Below, piece after piece: positions 19,010 through 28,638 of a stretch of 64,000 nt of DNA; the first letter of the stretch is position 1, and each line of letters opens with the position of its first letter. A program made the translations under genes and the position numbers. This DNA comes from Flavobacteriales bacterium (GTDB taxonomy: Bacteria > Bacteroidota > Bacteroidia > Flavobacteriales_F > PHOS-HE28). Below the pieces are notes generated by a model. It did no database searches. It was not told where the DNA came from and worked only from the letters and a program-made list of their open reading frames with translations. The DNA lies in contig JADKAN010000004.1 in assembly GCA_016719225.1 (NCBI GenBank), positions 512,167 through 576,166 on the forward strand, given 5' to 3'.

Positions 19010-21436
19010 ATGCGGCACAAATTAAGCGCGGGGAACATTCTGCCAGCCTTGGCCCTTTGCCTCTCCCCTTTGGCATCGCATGCACAGGAACAGGGAAACA
19101 CGGCAGGAACAGTACACGGCACCGTACGTGATGCACAAACCCGAGCCGTACTCCCTGGCGTGGCAGTATCGTTCGGCTCCGGTAAAGGCGTTTCAACGAA
19201 TGATAGCGGGCGTTACGAGATCGTACTTCCTTTGGGTAATTACACAGCGTTGTTCCGATACATAGGCTATGCCGATCGCAGCATGCCCGTGCAGGTGCCG
19301 CAGCAGGGCTCTACCGTACTGGATGCCGGGTTAAGCCTTTCCACAGCCCAACTCGATATGGTGGTGGTAAGTGCCGGTAAGTTCGAACAGCGGGTAGGGG
19401 AAGTGACACAAAGCTTAAGTGTGCTCCCAGCAGCGCTGATCCGCGACAAGAACACCGTAACGTTGACCAAGGCGCTGGACCAGGTCCCGGGGGTGGTGGT
19501 GGTGGACAACGATCCACAGATCCGCGCCGGTAGTGGATACAGTTACGGGGCCGGAAGCCGGGTGATGCTGCTGGTGGACGGCTTGCCCATACTGAGCGGC
19601 GACATTGGCCGGCCCAACTGGAGCTTCATGCCCATTGAGGATGTGGAGCAGGTGGAAGTGATCAAGGGCGCGAGCAGTGTGTTGTACGGTAGTGCGGCGT
19701 TAAGTGGCGTCATCAACGTGCGCACGGCTTATCCGGGCTCGGAGCCCGTAACACGAGCGACCATTTTTGGCGGCGTTTACGATACGCCGGGAAACGCGGA
19801 CGCAAAGTGGTGGGGACCCAGCCCGCCGCTTACCACCGGTGCCAGTTTCATGCACAGCGAACGCTTCAAAAAATTGGATCTCGTTCTGGGTGGCAATGTT
19901 TATGGCGATCAGGGTTTCGTTGGGCCGGAACGTATCCGCCCGGACACCTTGGCGAAATACCCTTACCGCTTGGGTGATGGAGGATACGAGAACCGCGCGC
20001 GTTTCAATTTCGCCACGCGCTGGCGGAATCAAAAGATACCCGGCCTCAACTACGGCATCAAGGGCAACGTGATGAAGAGCCGCAGCTCCACGGTCTTTAT
20101 CTGGGACAACTTGGATTCTGGCTTATACCGCCCTTCTCCCGGCACGCTCACCAACACCGCAGGAACTCAATTCTACGTGGACCCGTTCGTGGCTTATACC
20201 GGTCCGCAGGGCACGCGCCATAGCCTGAAGGGCCGCTTGTACCGCCAGGATTTCCATAACAGCAATGGCCAGAGCAACAGTAATAATTCCTTCTTCGAGG
20301 AGTACCAGTTCCAGCGCAAGTTCGATCTGTTCGGCGAGACCAACATCACCGCAGGTCTTTCCGCACAGCAGGTATACAGCAATGCCGAATTGTATGTGGG
20401 AGGCCCGAATGCCGATGGTAAGAACACGGCCAACAATTACGCCGGTTACCTGCAGGTGGATAAGCGCATCATTGAAAAGCTGATGCTGAGCGCAGGCGTG
20501 CGCTATGAGCGGTTCCAAGTGAACGAAGATGAGCAGGCTGAACCTGTTTTCCGGGCCGGGGCGACGTATCATCTTTTTGAAGGCACCTATCTCCGGGCCA
20601 GCTATGGCCAAGGATTCCGCTTTCCCACTATCGGCGAGCGCTACATCGTCACATCCGTGGGTGCGCTGCACATCTATCCCAACCCGGACCTGGAACCGGA
20701 GACCAGCGTTAACATGGAAGCGGGGATCAAGCAGGGCTTCAAGTTCGGCGGTGTTACCGGCTATGTGGACGTGGTGGCGTTCCGGCAGGACTTCGACCGC
20801 TACGTGGAGTTCACCTTCGGACAATGGGGAGCGGACCGTTCCATCGAAAACTTCCTCGGCTTCGGCTTCAAGAGCATCAATACCGGAGGCGCGCGGATCA
20901 CGGGTTCGGAGGTGGAAGTGGCCGGTAAGGGCAAACTGGGATCGGTGGAATTATCGCTATTACTGGGTTACACGCACACCTTACCGGTAAGCACCACGCC
21001 GGATGAAGCGTATGGTTTTTCCCACACCACTGCGGATACCGATGAGCCCATTTCGTATACCAGCACAAGCTCCAATACGGATGACAACGTGCTGAAATTC
21101 AGGGTGCAGGACCTTTTCCGTAGTGACGTAGGAGCATCATGGAAACGTTTCTCCGGTGGTGTCAGCGTGCGCTATAACAGCCATGTGCGCAACATCGACC
21201 AAGCCTTTTTGGTCTTCGAACAGCTCGGTGCTTTGGGCGATGTGGGCATTGCGGAATGGATGCGGACGCATACCACCGGCGACTGGATCACGGACCTACG
21301 TGTCGGCTATGAACTGACCGACCAACTGAAGATGTCATTCATCGTGAATAATTGCAGCAACGAGGTGTATGCCATCCGACCCATGGCCATTGAAGCCCCG
21401 CGCAACTTTCAAGTACAAATGACGCTTGAGCTATGA
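19010..21436 (+). CDS. TonB-dependent receptor with an N-terminal carboxypeptidase-regulatory-like domain
   Basis: Signal peptide MRHKLSAGNILPALALCLSPLASHAQ, a CarbopepD_reg-like region (GTVHGTVRDAQTRAVLPGVAVSF...DSGRYEI), plug and beta-barrel, and a C-terminal aromatic residue. The track ORF starts 14 codons upstream, at 18968. Confidence 0.8.
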   Translation: MRHKLSAGNILPALALCLSPLASHAQEQGNTAGTVHGTVRDAQTRAVLPGVAVSFGSGKGVSTNDSGRYEIVLPLGNYTALFRYIGYADRSMPVQVPQQGSTVLDAGLSLSTAQLDMVVVSAGKFEQRVGEVTQSLSVLPAALIRDKNTVTLTKALDQVPGVVVVDNDPQIRAGSGYSYGAGSRVMLLVDGLPILSGDIGRPNWSFMPIEDVEQVEVIKGASSVLYGSAALSGVINVRTAYPGSEPVTRATIFGGVYDTPGNADAKWWGPSPPLTTGASFMHSERFKKLDLVLGGNVYGDQGFVGPERIRPDTLAKYPYRLGDGGYENRARFNFATRWRNQKIPGLNYGIKGNVMKSRSSTVFIWDNLDSGLYRPSPGTLTNTAGTQFYVDPFVAYTGPQGTRHSLKGRLYRQDFHNSNGQSNSNNSFFEEYQFQRKFDLFGETNITAGLSAQQVYSNAELYVGGPNADGKNTANNYAGYLQVDKRIIEKLMLSAGVRYERFQVNEDEQAEPVFRAGATYHLFEGTYLRASYGQGFRFPTIGERYIVTSVGALHIYPNPDLEPETSVNMEAGIKQGFKFGGVTGYVDVVAFRQDFDRYVEFTFGQWGADRSIENFLGFGFKSINTGGARITGSEVEVAGKGKLGSVELSLLLGYTHTLPVSTTPDEAYGFSHTTADTDEPISYTSTSSNTDDNVLKFRVQDLFRSDVGASWKRFSGGVSVRYNSHVRNIDQAFLVFEQLGALGDVGIAEWMRTHTTGDWITDLRVGYELTDQLKMSFIVNNCSNEVYAIRPMAIEAPRNFQVQMTLEL

Positions 21437-22215
21437 CGGGTCGGAAGCGTATCATCGGCGTGATCCCCGCGCGGTTCGCCAGCAGCCGTTTGCCCGGAAA
21501 GCCTTTATTGGAGATCGCTGGTAAGAGCATGGTGCAACGCGTGGTTGAACAGACGAGGCGCTGTGCCGCATTGACCGAGGTGATTGTGGCCACGGACGAT
21601 GAACGCATCCTGCACCATGTGCAAAGCTTTGGCGGCTTGGCGGTGATGACATCCTCCGCGCACACCAGCGGTACCGACCGCTGTTGGGAGGCCGTGCAGC
21701 AATTAGGTGCTGACCGTTTTGACGGTGTCGTGAACATCCAAGGCGACGAGCCGTTCATCGTGCCGGAGCAGATATCGGAGGCCTGCACCTGCTTATCCCA
21801 AGCAGGTGTGGGTATTGCCACGCTGGCTCAAGTCGTGCAGGACGATCATGACCTGGATGATCCAGGAGAAGTGCTTATCACCGTGGACGTGGAATGTAAC
21901 GCCCTTTATTTCAGCCGCGCCGCCATCCCCTTCCTTCGCAACCCGGACAGAACCCCACGCTATGAGCAATTCCGGTACCTGAAACACGTGGGGCTTTATG
22001 CATACACGGTGAAAGCGCTGGAACGTATCGTGCAACTGCCGCCCAGCCCCTTAGAGCGGGCTGAATCGCTCGAGCAATTGCGTTGGTTGGAGAACGGGGA
22101 ACGCATCCGCATCGGCATTACGGAACACCTTTCGTTCTGTGTGGACACCCCTGCGGATCTTGAAAAAGCACGGGCAGAAGCATTGCTCCGCAATCGGACA
22201 GCCGGGAAAACTTAG
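21433..22215 (+). CDS. kdsB: 3-deoxy-manno-octulosonate cytidylyltransferase (CMP-Kdo synthetase)
   Basis: IGVIPARFASSRLPGKPL N-terminal motif; 260 aa; ATGA overlap with the receptor stop. Confidence 0.9.
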   Translation: MTGRKRIIGVIPARFASSRLPGKPLLEIAGKSMVQRVVEQTRRCAALTEVIVATDDERILHHVQSFGGLAVMTSSAHTSGTDRCWEAVQQLGADRFDGVVNIQGDEPFIVPEQISEACTCLSQAGVGIATLAQVVQDDHDLDDPGEVLITVDVECNALYFSRAAIPFLRNPDRTPRYEQFRYLKHVGLYAYTVKALERIVQLPPSPLERAESLEQLRWLENGERIRIGITEHLSFCVDTPADLEKARAEALLRNRTAGKT

Positions 22216-22217
22216 TT

Positions 22218-23282
22218 TTGGCGCTTGCCATGGCCTTGGAACGCGACATACACGATCTTCTTTTCGACCACGACTGCGTGATCGTTCCCGGCTTCGGTGG
22301 TTTTCTCACGCACTACCGGCATGCACGCTTGGATACGCAACGCCGCATGTTGCATCCACCGTCCAAGGACCTGAGTTTCAACGGCCACTTGGTCAGGCAA
22401 GATGGATTGTTGGCCGATCATTATAGCCGCAGGGAAGGAGTGGCGTTCAAGTTTGCCATCGAAGCCATCGGCGAACAAACGGCGTTGTGGAACGATGCAT
22501 TGACGCGCCAAGGACGGGTGGAACTCCCGCGCATCGGCACCTTTTTCCTTGATGCTGAACTGAACCTCCAGTTTGAGCCCGACCGGCGGGTTAATTTCCT
22601 GAAGGATGCCTACGGCCTTAGGCCGGTAGCCGCACACCCCGTTGCGAGGACCGCATCCGTCGTCGTCGCAAAGCCCAAAGTCGTTCCCTTGGTGTCCATC
22701 GGTTCCAAACCCGGGCGCACGGCTCCGGGCATGCTCACTGCGGCAGCCATGGCGGCCATTCTCTTTACCGCAGCTACGTGGTGGGCGGTTACCTCCACTG
22801 GTAATAACAATGCATTGTGGAGCAGCTTCGACTTCCTTCCGGGAGCGGGGCGCCAGGAATATGTCTTGCCTTTATCACCTCCCGCCGGACCGGCCGTTCC
22901 TCTCGCTGAGGAGCCATGGGTCGCCCCGAAAGGATCCGAAGGCGTGCATTTGTACCCCATCGCTGGCGACCGGGCCCCGGTGGTAGCGGTTGATCTCAGT
23001 ACTCCGCAAGGCACCTCAGCGGCTCCGGAAAGTACTGCGGTGGCCGCACCGGTCGTACGTGCGAAATACCATGTGGTAGGGGGGTGTTTCCTTGAAAAGG
23101 AAAATGCCGACCGCTTCATCGCGGAACTGCAAGCAAAAGGGTTTGCCGCATCGTTGATCGACCACAAAGGTGGATTATACCGCGTAGCCTATGGTAGCTA
23201 CCCCTTGCGTACCACGGCCTTGGAAGCACTGGACGCCGTCCGTAGTGAGGAGGCACCGGATGCTTGGATGCTGGTGAAATAG
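22218..23282 (+). CDS. SPOR domain-containing protein (HU-like N-terminal region, Pro/Ala-rich linker, C-terminal SPOR peptidoglycan-binding domain)
   Basis: The C-terminal segment KYHVVGGCFLEKENADRFIAELQAKGFAASLIDHKGGLYRVAYGSYP is a typical SPOR fold signature. Confidence 0.65.
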   Translation: MALAMALERDIHDLLFDHDCVIVPGFGGFLTHYRHARLDTQRRMLHPPSKDLSFNGHLVRQDGLLADHYSRREGVAFKFAIEAIGEQTALWNDALTRQGRVELPRIGTFFLDAELNLQFEPDRRVNFLKDAYGLRPVAAHPVARTASVVVAKPKVVPLVSIGSKPGRTAPGMLTAAAMAAILFTAATWWAVTSTGNNNALWSSFDFLPGAGRQEYVLPLSPPAGPAVPLAEEPWVAPKGSEGVHLYPIAGDRAPVVAVDLSTPQGTSAAPESTAVAAPVVRAKYHVVGGCFLEKENADRFIAELQAKGFAASLIDHKGGLYRVAYGSYPLRTTALEALDAVRSEEAPDAWMLVK

Positions 23283-23337
23283 CGTTCACCACGATAACCC
23301 TTCCACTTGGCCCTGATTTTGTTGTAGACGGTCCGCT

Positions 23338-23736
23338 ATGAGCCATTCCATTGAACTCAACGGCCTCAAGCGCGGTATCCTCAATGACGACGTGGTACAC
23401 GCCCATTTCAAGGATGATGTGCTGGTCACTGGGAAGGAAATGCATGAAATGTTCCACGCGATCGGAAATGAACGCAGTGGTCACAATTGGCTGCTTGCGG
23501 TAACGCTGGGTGAGCATTGCACATTGACCAAGGAGGCACGTGCATTGGCCAGCGGCCCGGAGGGTGATCCCTTCCTTGCCGCCGATGCTATCGTGGTGCG
23601 GGATTTCGGACACGAACTTGCCGCCAATGCCTTCGTGCGCCATAACAAGCCCATGCGCCCGACCAAGCTTTTTGCCGACATGGAGAACGCCTTGGCCTGG
23701 TTGCTTGAACAACACATTTTGCTCGAACCACAATAA
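23338..23736 (+). CDS. Hypothetical protein (132 aa)
   Basis: Clean ORF with coding-like composition; no motif recognised by eye. Confidence 0.45.
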   Translation: MSHSIELNGLKRGILNDDVVHAHFKDDVLVTGKEMHEMFHAIGNERSGHNWLLAVTLGEHCTLTKEARALASGPEGDPFLAADAIVVRDFGHELAANAFVRHNKPMRPTKLFADMENALAWLLEQHILLEPQ

Positions 23737-24383
23737 TGATGAAGAACCTGCTTACCCTGGTGCTGGCCTCCAGTCTGATCAATGCAATGGCGCAGGCTGT
23801 TGTGGACCCGCCCGTTAAAGTGATCCAATGCGGTAAGGTTGAGGTAACCGGGATCGTGATGTCCCCGAAAGGCGAACATGTCCTGGTGTTGCATGACAAA
23901 GGGGCTGAGTTGCGCGATCTTGAAACGGGAAAGCTCGTTAAGGAATTCGCGTACAACGAAGACGGTAGCAACACGGTCTACCGTGCCATCTTCAATGAGA
24001 ATGGCGAATACGTGGTGCTCATCGGTTTGGCCGGCACGCGTGAGGTATGGGACGTGAAGACGGGCAAACAGGATAAAATGTTGGCCCTGTATAAATGGAT
24101 ACCTGACGCCATCCGCACCCGTGAAATGGGCTTGAAGAAAAGCAACTCTGCATTCGACCGTTTCTACCAGCAAACACGTGCCGAACATGGTGCCTTGGTG
24201 GCACATGCGGAGAAGAACGGCTCCGTGGTGTTCACCGATGCGGACGGGAATGTCGTTCAAACGCTTGACTTTCCGACGAACAAGGACAAGCAGCACTTGG
24301 CACCCTGCGTTTTCATAGGCGACCGCTTTGTGACCGGCACGGATGATGGCCGCGTGCTTTTCTACGACCTGGTCAAGCCCTGA
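23736..24383 (+). CDS. Hypothetical secreted protein (beta-propeller-like repeats)
   Basis: Signal peptide MMKNLLTLVLASSLINAMAQA. Repeated G..VLV..G.....D..TGK motifs suggest a WD40/PQQ-like propeller. Confidence 0.45.
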   Translation: MMKNLLTLVLASSLINAMAQAVVDPPVKVIQCGKVEVTGIVMSPKGEHVLVLHDKGAELRDLETGKLVKEFAYNEDGSNTVYRAIFNENGEYVVLIGLAGTREVWDVKTGKQDKMLALYKWIPDAIRTREMGLKKSNSAFDRFYQQTRAEHGALVAHAEKNGSVVFTDADGNVVQTLDFPTNKDKQHLAPCVFIGDRFVTGTDDGRVLFYDLVKP

Positions 24384-24829
24384 TCGCGAAGTGCGGCCAA
24401 GGCTTCGCGCACATGCTTGCGTGCGTTCAGCCGGTCCCTGATCACGGAGCGCACCCGTCCGTCCTGACCGATCACGAAGGTGGCGCGGTCCTTCAATCCC
24501 AGAAAGCTGCGCAGACCGAACGCAGATCTGGCTTCCCCTTTCTCGTCACTCAACAGGGTATAGGGTAGTCCGTGTTTCTCGGCGAAGCGTTTATGCGATC
24601 CGGGGTCATCATCGCTGATCCCCACTATGGAGGCTTCAAGACCTACGAACTCCTCTTGTGCATCCCGAAAGGTGCAGGCCTCCTTCGTACAGACCGGGGT
24701 GTCGTCCTTGGGGTAGAAGTACACGACCACAGGGCCTTTAGCGATGAGATCCGAAAGCCGGACCGATCTCCCGTCCTGATCCGGCAATTGTAGGTCGGGT
24801 GCGCGGTCGCCGGGTTGTAGCATCTGCAT
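24362..24829 (-). CDS. bcp: Thioredoxin-dependent thiol peroxidase (peroxiredoxin Bcp)
   Basis: VYFYPKDDTPVCTKEACTFRD active-site motif; 155 aa. Confidence 0.9.
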   Translation of the reverse strand: MQMLQPGDRAPDLQLPDQDGRSVRLSDLIAKGPVVVYFYPKDDTPVCTKEACTFRDAQEEFVGLEASIVGISDDDPGSHKRFAEKHGLPYTLLSDEKGEARSAFGLRSFLGLKDRATFVIGQDGRVRSVIRDRLNARKHVREALAALRDQGLTRS

Positions 24830-24906
24830 TATTTGCTTTTAACCAAATTCTTCGGCACAAGGTAACGGCTGTGGACCGGCTATTTTCGCGGCCTCAAACC
24901 ACATTC

Positions 24907-25416
24907 ATGGACCCCAAGCCCACCACCGCCAGCTATACAGAGACCACCCACATCGTTCTGCCGAACGACACGAACGTGATGGACAATCTCTTCGGCGGCC
25001 AATTGTTGAAGTGGTTGGACATGAGCTGCGCCGTGAGCGCGCACCGCCATTCACACCGCATCACTGTGACCGCGGCTGTTAACAACGTGAGCTTCGATAG
25101 GCCGATCAAGCTTGGCGATATGGTGACCATTAAGGCCCATGTGAGCCGCACCTTCAACACCAGCTTGGAGATATGGGCCGACGTGTGGACGGAGAACCAA
25201 TTCACCGGTGAACGCATCAAATGCAACAGCGCCATCTACACGTTCGTGGCCTTGGATGAAAATGGCAAGCCAGCACCTGTTCCTCAAGTGATCCCCGTAA
25301 CGGAAGAAGAGAAAGTACGGTTCGAAGGAGCTTTACGACGCAGGCAATTGCGTTTGATCCTGGCCGGTAAGATGAAGCCCGGGGAAGCGAGCGAGCTGAA
25401 GGCGTTGTTCGTTTGA
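24907..25416 (+). CDS. Acyl-CoA thioesterase (hotdog fold, YciA-like)
   Basis: HIVLPNDTNVMDNLFGGQLLKWLDM...ITVTAAVNNVSF; the start is taken at the internal Met MDPKPTT. Confidence 0.8.
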   Translation: MDPKPTTASYTETTHIVLPNDTNVMDNLFGGQLLKWLDMSCAVSAHRHSHRITVTAAVNNVSFDRPIKLGDMVTIKAHVSRTFNTSLEIWADVWTENQFTGERIKCNSAIYTFVALDENGKPAPVPQVIPVTEEEKVRFEGALRRRQLRLILAGKMKPGEASELKALFV

Positions 25417-25525
25417 AAAAGAACTACGCCGAGTATGATGTCCACCGCTGTCCGAGCAGTCCTGAACCGCCAGTAGTTACATTCCGTAACCGACCTGACC
25501 CTCTGCGGTCACGGGTAAAGATCGC

Positions 25526-26512
25526 CTACTTCGGCGCGTTTTCGGCCAGCGATGCGATACGGTCCAAGTCCTGCTTTTCCATGCACCTGAAATGCCCGCG
25601 CGGACATTGGTTGAAACCGATCTTGGAACAGGGCCTGCAGTCCAAGCCTTCCACTTCGCTGATGTGCACCCGCTCCGGATGCTGTGGGATGTAGGGGCCC
25701 ATGCCGAACCGCGGAACCGTATTGCCCCAAACGCTGACGACATTCTTGCGGAATGCACTGGCCACATGCATGGCGCCGCTATCATGCGCGATCACGCTGT
25801 TCGCCTGCCTTATCAAGGAAGCGGAACCGGACAGATCGAATTTGCCCGTGGTGTCGTAGGCCCTGGCACCCACGGCATCAGCGATGGCGCGCCCCACGGC
25901 TTGATCGTCCGTACCACCTACGATCACCAAGGGTCCCTTCAGCTTGCCGGCCAGCTCAATGAGCTTGTGCTGCGGTAAACGCTTGGTATAATGGCCCGCA
26001 CCGATGCACAGGGCGATGTAGCCATTTCGGTGCGAAGCTGGAAAGCTGGCCAGGTCCACTTCTTTTTCAGGTGGGATGAACAGGTCCAATCCTTGGCCAT
26101 CGTTCTTCACACCCAAATGGGCCACTGTGCTCAGGTAGCGGTCCACGATGTGGATGTTAGGCAGTCGGTCCTTCTTCAAGTTCACCAATAACCATTTCTC
26201 AAAATTCAACTTGGGAAAATTCTTTGCAGGAGCACCCAAGGCCCACTTTACGCGCCGTGTCCGCATATTGTGGTGGAGGTCCACCACCAGGTCGAATTTT
26301 TCTTTCTTCAACTCCGGCAGTACTCCGCGTAGGTCAGCTTCCATCAGATGCACCCGGTCCACATAGGGAGAGTGTTCCACCAGCGATCGAAAGCTGTGCT
26401 TAGTGAGGTAATGCACCTCAACGCCGGGCACTTGTTGCTTCAGGCACCGAAGCACCGGCGAAGTGAGGATGATATCGCCGATGGAGCTGAAACGGATGAC
26501 GAGGACCTTCAT
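25526..26512 (-). CDS. Glycosyltransferase family 9 (LPS heptosyltransferase-like)
   Basis: N-terminus MKVLVIRFSSIGDIILTSPVLRCLKQ (start taken at this Met), with the GT9 C-terminal domain. Confidence 0.85.
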   Translation of the reverse strand: MKVLVIRFSSIGDIILTSPVLRCLKQQVPGVEVHYLTKHSFRSLVEHSPYVDRVHLMEADLRGVLPELKKEKFDLVVDLHHNMRTRRVKWALGAPAKNFPKLNFEKWLLVNLKKDRLPNIHIVDRYLSTVAHLGVKNDGQGLDLFIPPEKEVDLASFPASHRNGYIALCIGAGHYTKRLPQHKLIELAGKLKGPLVIVGGTDDQAVGRAIADAVGARAYDTTGKFDLSGSASLIRQANSVIAHDSGAMHVASAFRKNVVSVWGNTVPRFGMGPYIPQHPERVHISEVEGLDCRPCSKIGFNQCPRGHFRCMEKQDLDRIASLAENAPK

Positions 26513-26627
26513 GGAAAACCGCGGCAAATGCGGCGGCGCTATTGCGGAGCGCGAAAGTAGCCGATGCGGCAGCTTATCTTGTTCGGAAAGCCCCACATTT
26601 GCACCATTCCGCCTTTTGGAACCAGAA

Positions 26628-27395
26628 ATGTACATTGATACGCACGCCCACCTTTACCACAAACAGTTCGAACACGACCGCACCGAAATGGTGCAACGCG
26701 CCTTGGATGCGGGGGTCCGCAAGCTCTTCCTGCCCAACATCGACATGACCAGTGTGGAGGCCATGCACGAACTCTGTGATAAATACCCTGAGATCTGCTT
26801 TCCCATGATGGGCCTGCACCCATGCTCGGTAGGTGAGGACCCGGAACGTGATCTCGCCGAGGTGGAACGCCTGCTCGGCACGGGCCGTTATTGGGCCGTG
26901 GGCGAGATCGGCATCGATCTGCACTGGGACAGGACGTGGCTCGCTCAACAACAGGAGGTTCTCCGACAGCAGGTGCGCTGGGCCAAAGAGCTTTCGTTGC
27001 CCGTTGTGATCCACTGCCGGGAGAGCTTTGATGAAACGTTGGCCATCATCGAGGAGGAAAAGGACGAACAGCTCACGGGCGTTTTCCATTGTTTCACGGG
27101 TACGGTGGAACAAGCGCATCGCATCATCGGCCTGAGTGGCTTCATGCTGGGTGTCGGCGGTGTGATCACCTATCCCAAAAGCGGGTTGGCGGAGACCATG
27201 GCTAAGGTGGGCGCTGCCCATTGTGTACTGGAGACCGATGCGCCCTACCTCTCCCCGGTGCCGAACCGCGGAAAGCGCAACGAAAGCAGCTATATCCCCG
27301 CTATCGCGGAAACATTGGCTAATGCAGTAGGCCTTACCGTGGACGAAGTGGCACGCATCACCACAGCGAACGCCGAACTGCTTTTCGCCGAATGA
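26628..27395 (+). CDS. tatD: TatD family metal-dependent hydrolase/DNase
   Basis: MYIDTHAHL N-terminus with the conserved His/Glu/Asp ladder; start taken at the internal Met. Confidence 0.85.
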   Translation: MYIDTHAHLYHKQFEHDRTEMVQRALDAGVRKLFLPNIDMTSVEAMHELCDKYPEICFPMMGLHPCSVGEDPERDLAEVERLLGTGRYWAVGEIGIDLHWDRTWLAQQQEVLRQQVRWAKELSLPVVIHCRESFDETLAIIEEEKDEQLTGVFHCFTGTVEQAHRIIGLSGFMLGVGGVITYPKSGLAETMAKVGAAHCVLETDAPYLSPVPNRGKRNESSYIPAIAETLANAVGLTVDEVARITTANAELLFAE

Positions 27396-28420
27396 GCACG
27401 CCCAGGGTCCTGCTGATCTATACCGGTGGAACCATCGGCATGGTGGCCGATCCGCGTAGCGGTATGCTTCATTCCGTGGACCTCGACCGCTTGGAGGAGC
27501 AAGTCCCGGAGCTGGGTCGTATGGGCGTTGCGCTGGAAACGGTCTCCTTCGGCACACCGATCGACAGCAGCGATATGCATCCGGAACAATGGGTACGGAT
27601 CGCCCGGACCATAGGTCAGCGCTATGAGGATTTCGACGGATTCGTGGTGTTGCATGGCAGCGACACCATGGCCTACACGGCAAGTGCGCTCAGCTTCCTG
27701 CTGGAGAACCTGTCCAAGCCGGTTATCCTTACCGGCAGCCAGCTACCGCTCGGGACCATCCGCACGGACGGAAAGGAGAACCTGCTTACCGCTATCGAGA
27801 TCGCTGCGGCGACAGCGAACGGAAGGCCAGTGGTTGCGGAAGTGGCTGTCTATTTTGAGTACAGTCTTTATCGCGGTAACCGCACGGTGAAAGTCCATGC
27901 GGAACGGTTCGAGGCCTTCCGCTCCCCCAATTGGCCGGTGCTGGCCGAGGCGGGTGTTCATATCCGCTACGATCATTCCGCTTTGCTGCCTGAGCGCACC
28001 GGAGGGCTTCGCGTGCACACGCTCATGGACGACGGAATTGGTGTGATACGTCTGTTCCCCGGGATCCGGGCGTCTTGGGTTAAAGCGCTGTTAAGCGATC
28101 CCGGATTGAAGGCCGTGGTGCTCACCACTTTCGGCAGCGGGAACGGGCCCACCGATAAAGATTTCCTGGATGTGCTCCGCGAAGCCCGTGGAAGGGGCAT
28201 TGTGCTGCTGAACGTGACCCAATGCGTGGGCGGACGCGTAGACCAAGGCCGATATGAGACCAGCCGCGCCTTCGCCGAAATGGGCGTGATAAGCGGAATG
28301 GACATGACCACCGAGGCCGCCATAACCAAACTGATGTTCCTGATGGGGCAGGGGATGGGTCCGGAAGAGGTGATGCGGGCCATGGGGAAGGACCTCTGTG
28401 GTGAAATTGCCGTTCCGTAA
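27392..28420 (+). CDS. ansA: L-asparaginase, type I
   Basis: VLLIYTGGTIGM N-terminal catalytic motif; 342 aa; ATGA overlap with tatD. Confidence 0.85.
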   Translation: MSTPRVLLIYTGGTIGMVADPRSGMLHSVDLDRLEEQVPELGRMGVALETVSFGTPIDSSDMHPEQWVRIARTIGQRYEDFDGFVVLHGSDTMAYTASALSFLLENLSKPVILTGSQLPLGTIRTDGKENLLTAIEIAAATANGRPVVAEVAVYFEYSLYRGNRTVKVHAERFEAFRSPNWPVLAEAGVHIRYDHSALLPERTGGLRVHTLMDDGIGVIRLFPGIRASWVKALLSDPGLKAVVLTTFGSGNGPTDKDFLDVLREARGRGIVLLNVTQCVGGRVDQGRYETSRAFAEMGVISGMDMTTEAAITKLMFLMGQGMGPEEVMRAMGKDLCGEIAVP

Positions 28421-28469
28421 GGCGTAGCCTTGTTACATTCGCGGCCCGCATCCTTGGATACGGTGTATT

Positions 28470-28557
28470 GGAGAAGTGGCCGAGTGGTTTAAGGCGCACG
28501 CCTGGAAAGTGTGTTTACTGAAAGGTAACGGGGGTTCGAATCCCTCCTTCTCCGCCA
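28470..28557 (+). tRNA. tRNA-Ser(GGA): tRNA-Ser (anticodon GGA), long variable arm, CCA encoded
   Basis: GGAGAAGTGGCCGAGTGGTTTAAGGCGCACGCCTGGAAAGTGTGTTTACTGAAAGGTAACGGGGGTTCGAATCCCTCCTTCTCCGCCA. The 7-bp acceptor stem GGAGAAG/CTTCTCC, anticodon stem CACGC/GTGTG with loop CTGGAAA, and the TpsiC arm GGGGG/CCCTC were folded by hand. Confidence 0.9.
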
Positions 28558-28578
28558 ACGCTGCCCGCGCAGCGGGCG

Positions 28579-28638
28579 GTCCCAAACAAAAAAGTTGGTG
28601 CGGAGCTTGCTCCAAGCACCAACTTTTTTGTTTGGGAC
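28579..28638. repeat. Long near-perfect hairpin immediately downstream of tRNA-Ser
   Basis: GTCCCAAACAAAAAAGTTGGTGC-GGAGCTTGCTCCAA-GCACCAACTTTTTTGTTTGGGAC: 23-bp perfect arms, with an inner GGAGC/GCTCC stem. Confidence 0.85.

Noticed and set aside
20123-20824. 233-aa minus-strand ORF inside the TonB-dependent receptor gene
   Set aside because: Antisense to the beta-barrel region; not protein-like.
26574-27683. 369-aa minus-strand ORF across tatD/ansA
   Set aside because: Arg/Pro/Cys-rich shadow ORF antisense to two well-supported genes.
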